Shown here: one piece after another, positions 63,863-64,000 of the stretch
How positions within the stretch are numbered: position 1 is the stretch's first letter
How the letters are laid out: the number at the start of each line of letters is the position of its first letter
Source: an uncultured delta proteobacterium
GTDB lineage: Bacteria; Myxococcota_A; UBA9160; UBA4427
DNA: 64,000 nucleotides
Assembly: GCA_963822965.1 (NCBI GenBank)
Contig: CAWGJT010000005.1
Coordinates: forward strand, 1,344,001-1,408,000
Direction: 5' to 3'
Notes under the pieces: generated by a model
What the model was told of the DNA's origin: nothing
Database searches by the model: none
The model's input: only the letters and a program-made list of their open reading frames with translations
Position numbers and translations under genes: made by a program

Positions 63863-64000
63863 TTCCCTGGCTCTCCAAGGTGTCCTGACAGAACCGCCGG
63901 ATGCTCGCCGGTACGAATGGATGGCGAATCCGAACCGGACGAAGTGCCGACAGAGACGACTGCAGGCAGCGGGCCCGTGCCGGAGCGGAAGCCGCGGTCT

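Overview
GC-rich bacterial DNA; PEP-CTERM tails and gene content suggest a Myxococcota-like organism, which is an inference. The window is a mosaic of short blocks: polysaccharide genes, an orphan Rhs-lipase/ankyrin pair, three DUF1254/DUF1214 genes, vapBC, an RND pump, a YbhGFSR-like ABC exporter, ars genes, tRNA-Thr(CGT), a V4R/aminotransferase operon, an MFS transporter and many truncated gene pieces. The main pattern is a family of about 20 copies (full and partial) of an ~80-85 bp non-coding element. One end looks like an IS91/ISCR oriIS (...CTTG/TTCG.CCTAT[G/C]) and the other is a fixed CCCGCCGCCG end next to a small hairpin. Copies sit at many junctions where unrelated genes are cut, including one next to a 271-bp diverged copy of a gene found elsewhere in the window. 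This points to a miniature rolling-circle, Helitron-like gene-shuffling element. Layered on it are an IS110/IS1111-type element (4 copies) that inserts at GAGGATA^GGAC at that element's ori end, a 47-48 bp double-hairpin element inserted at CG sites in transposase genes, and a GTRG-REP-like palindrome. All calls come from motif reading only; no database searches were run.
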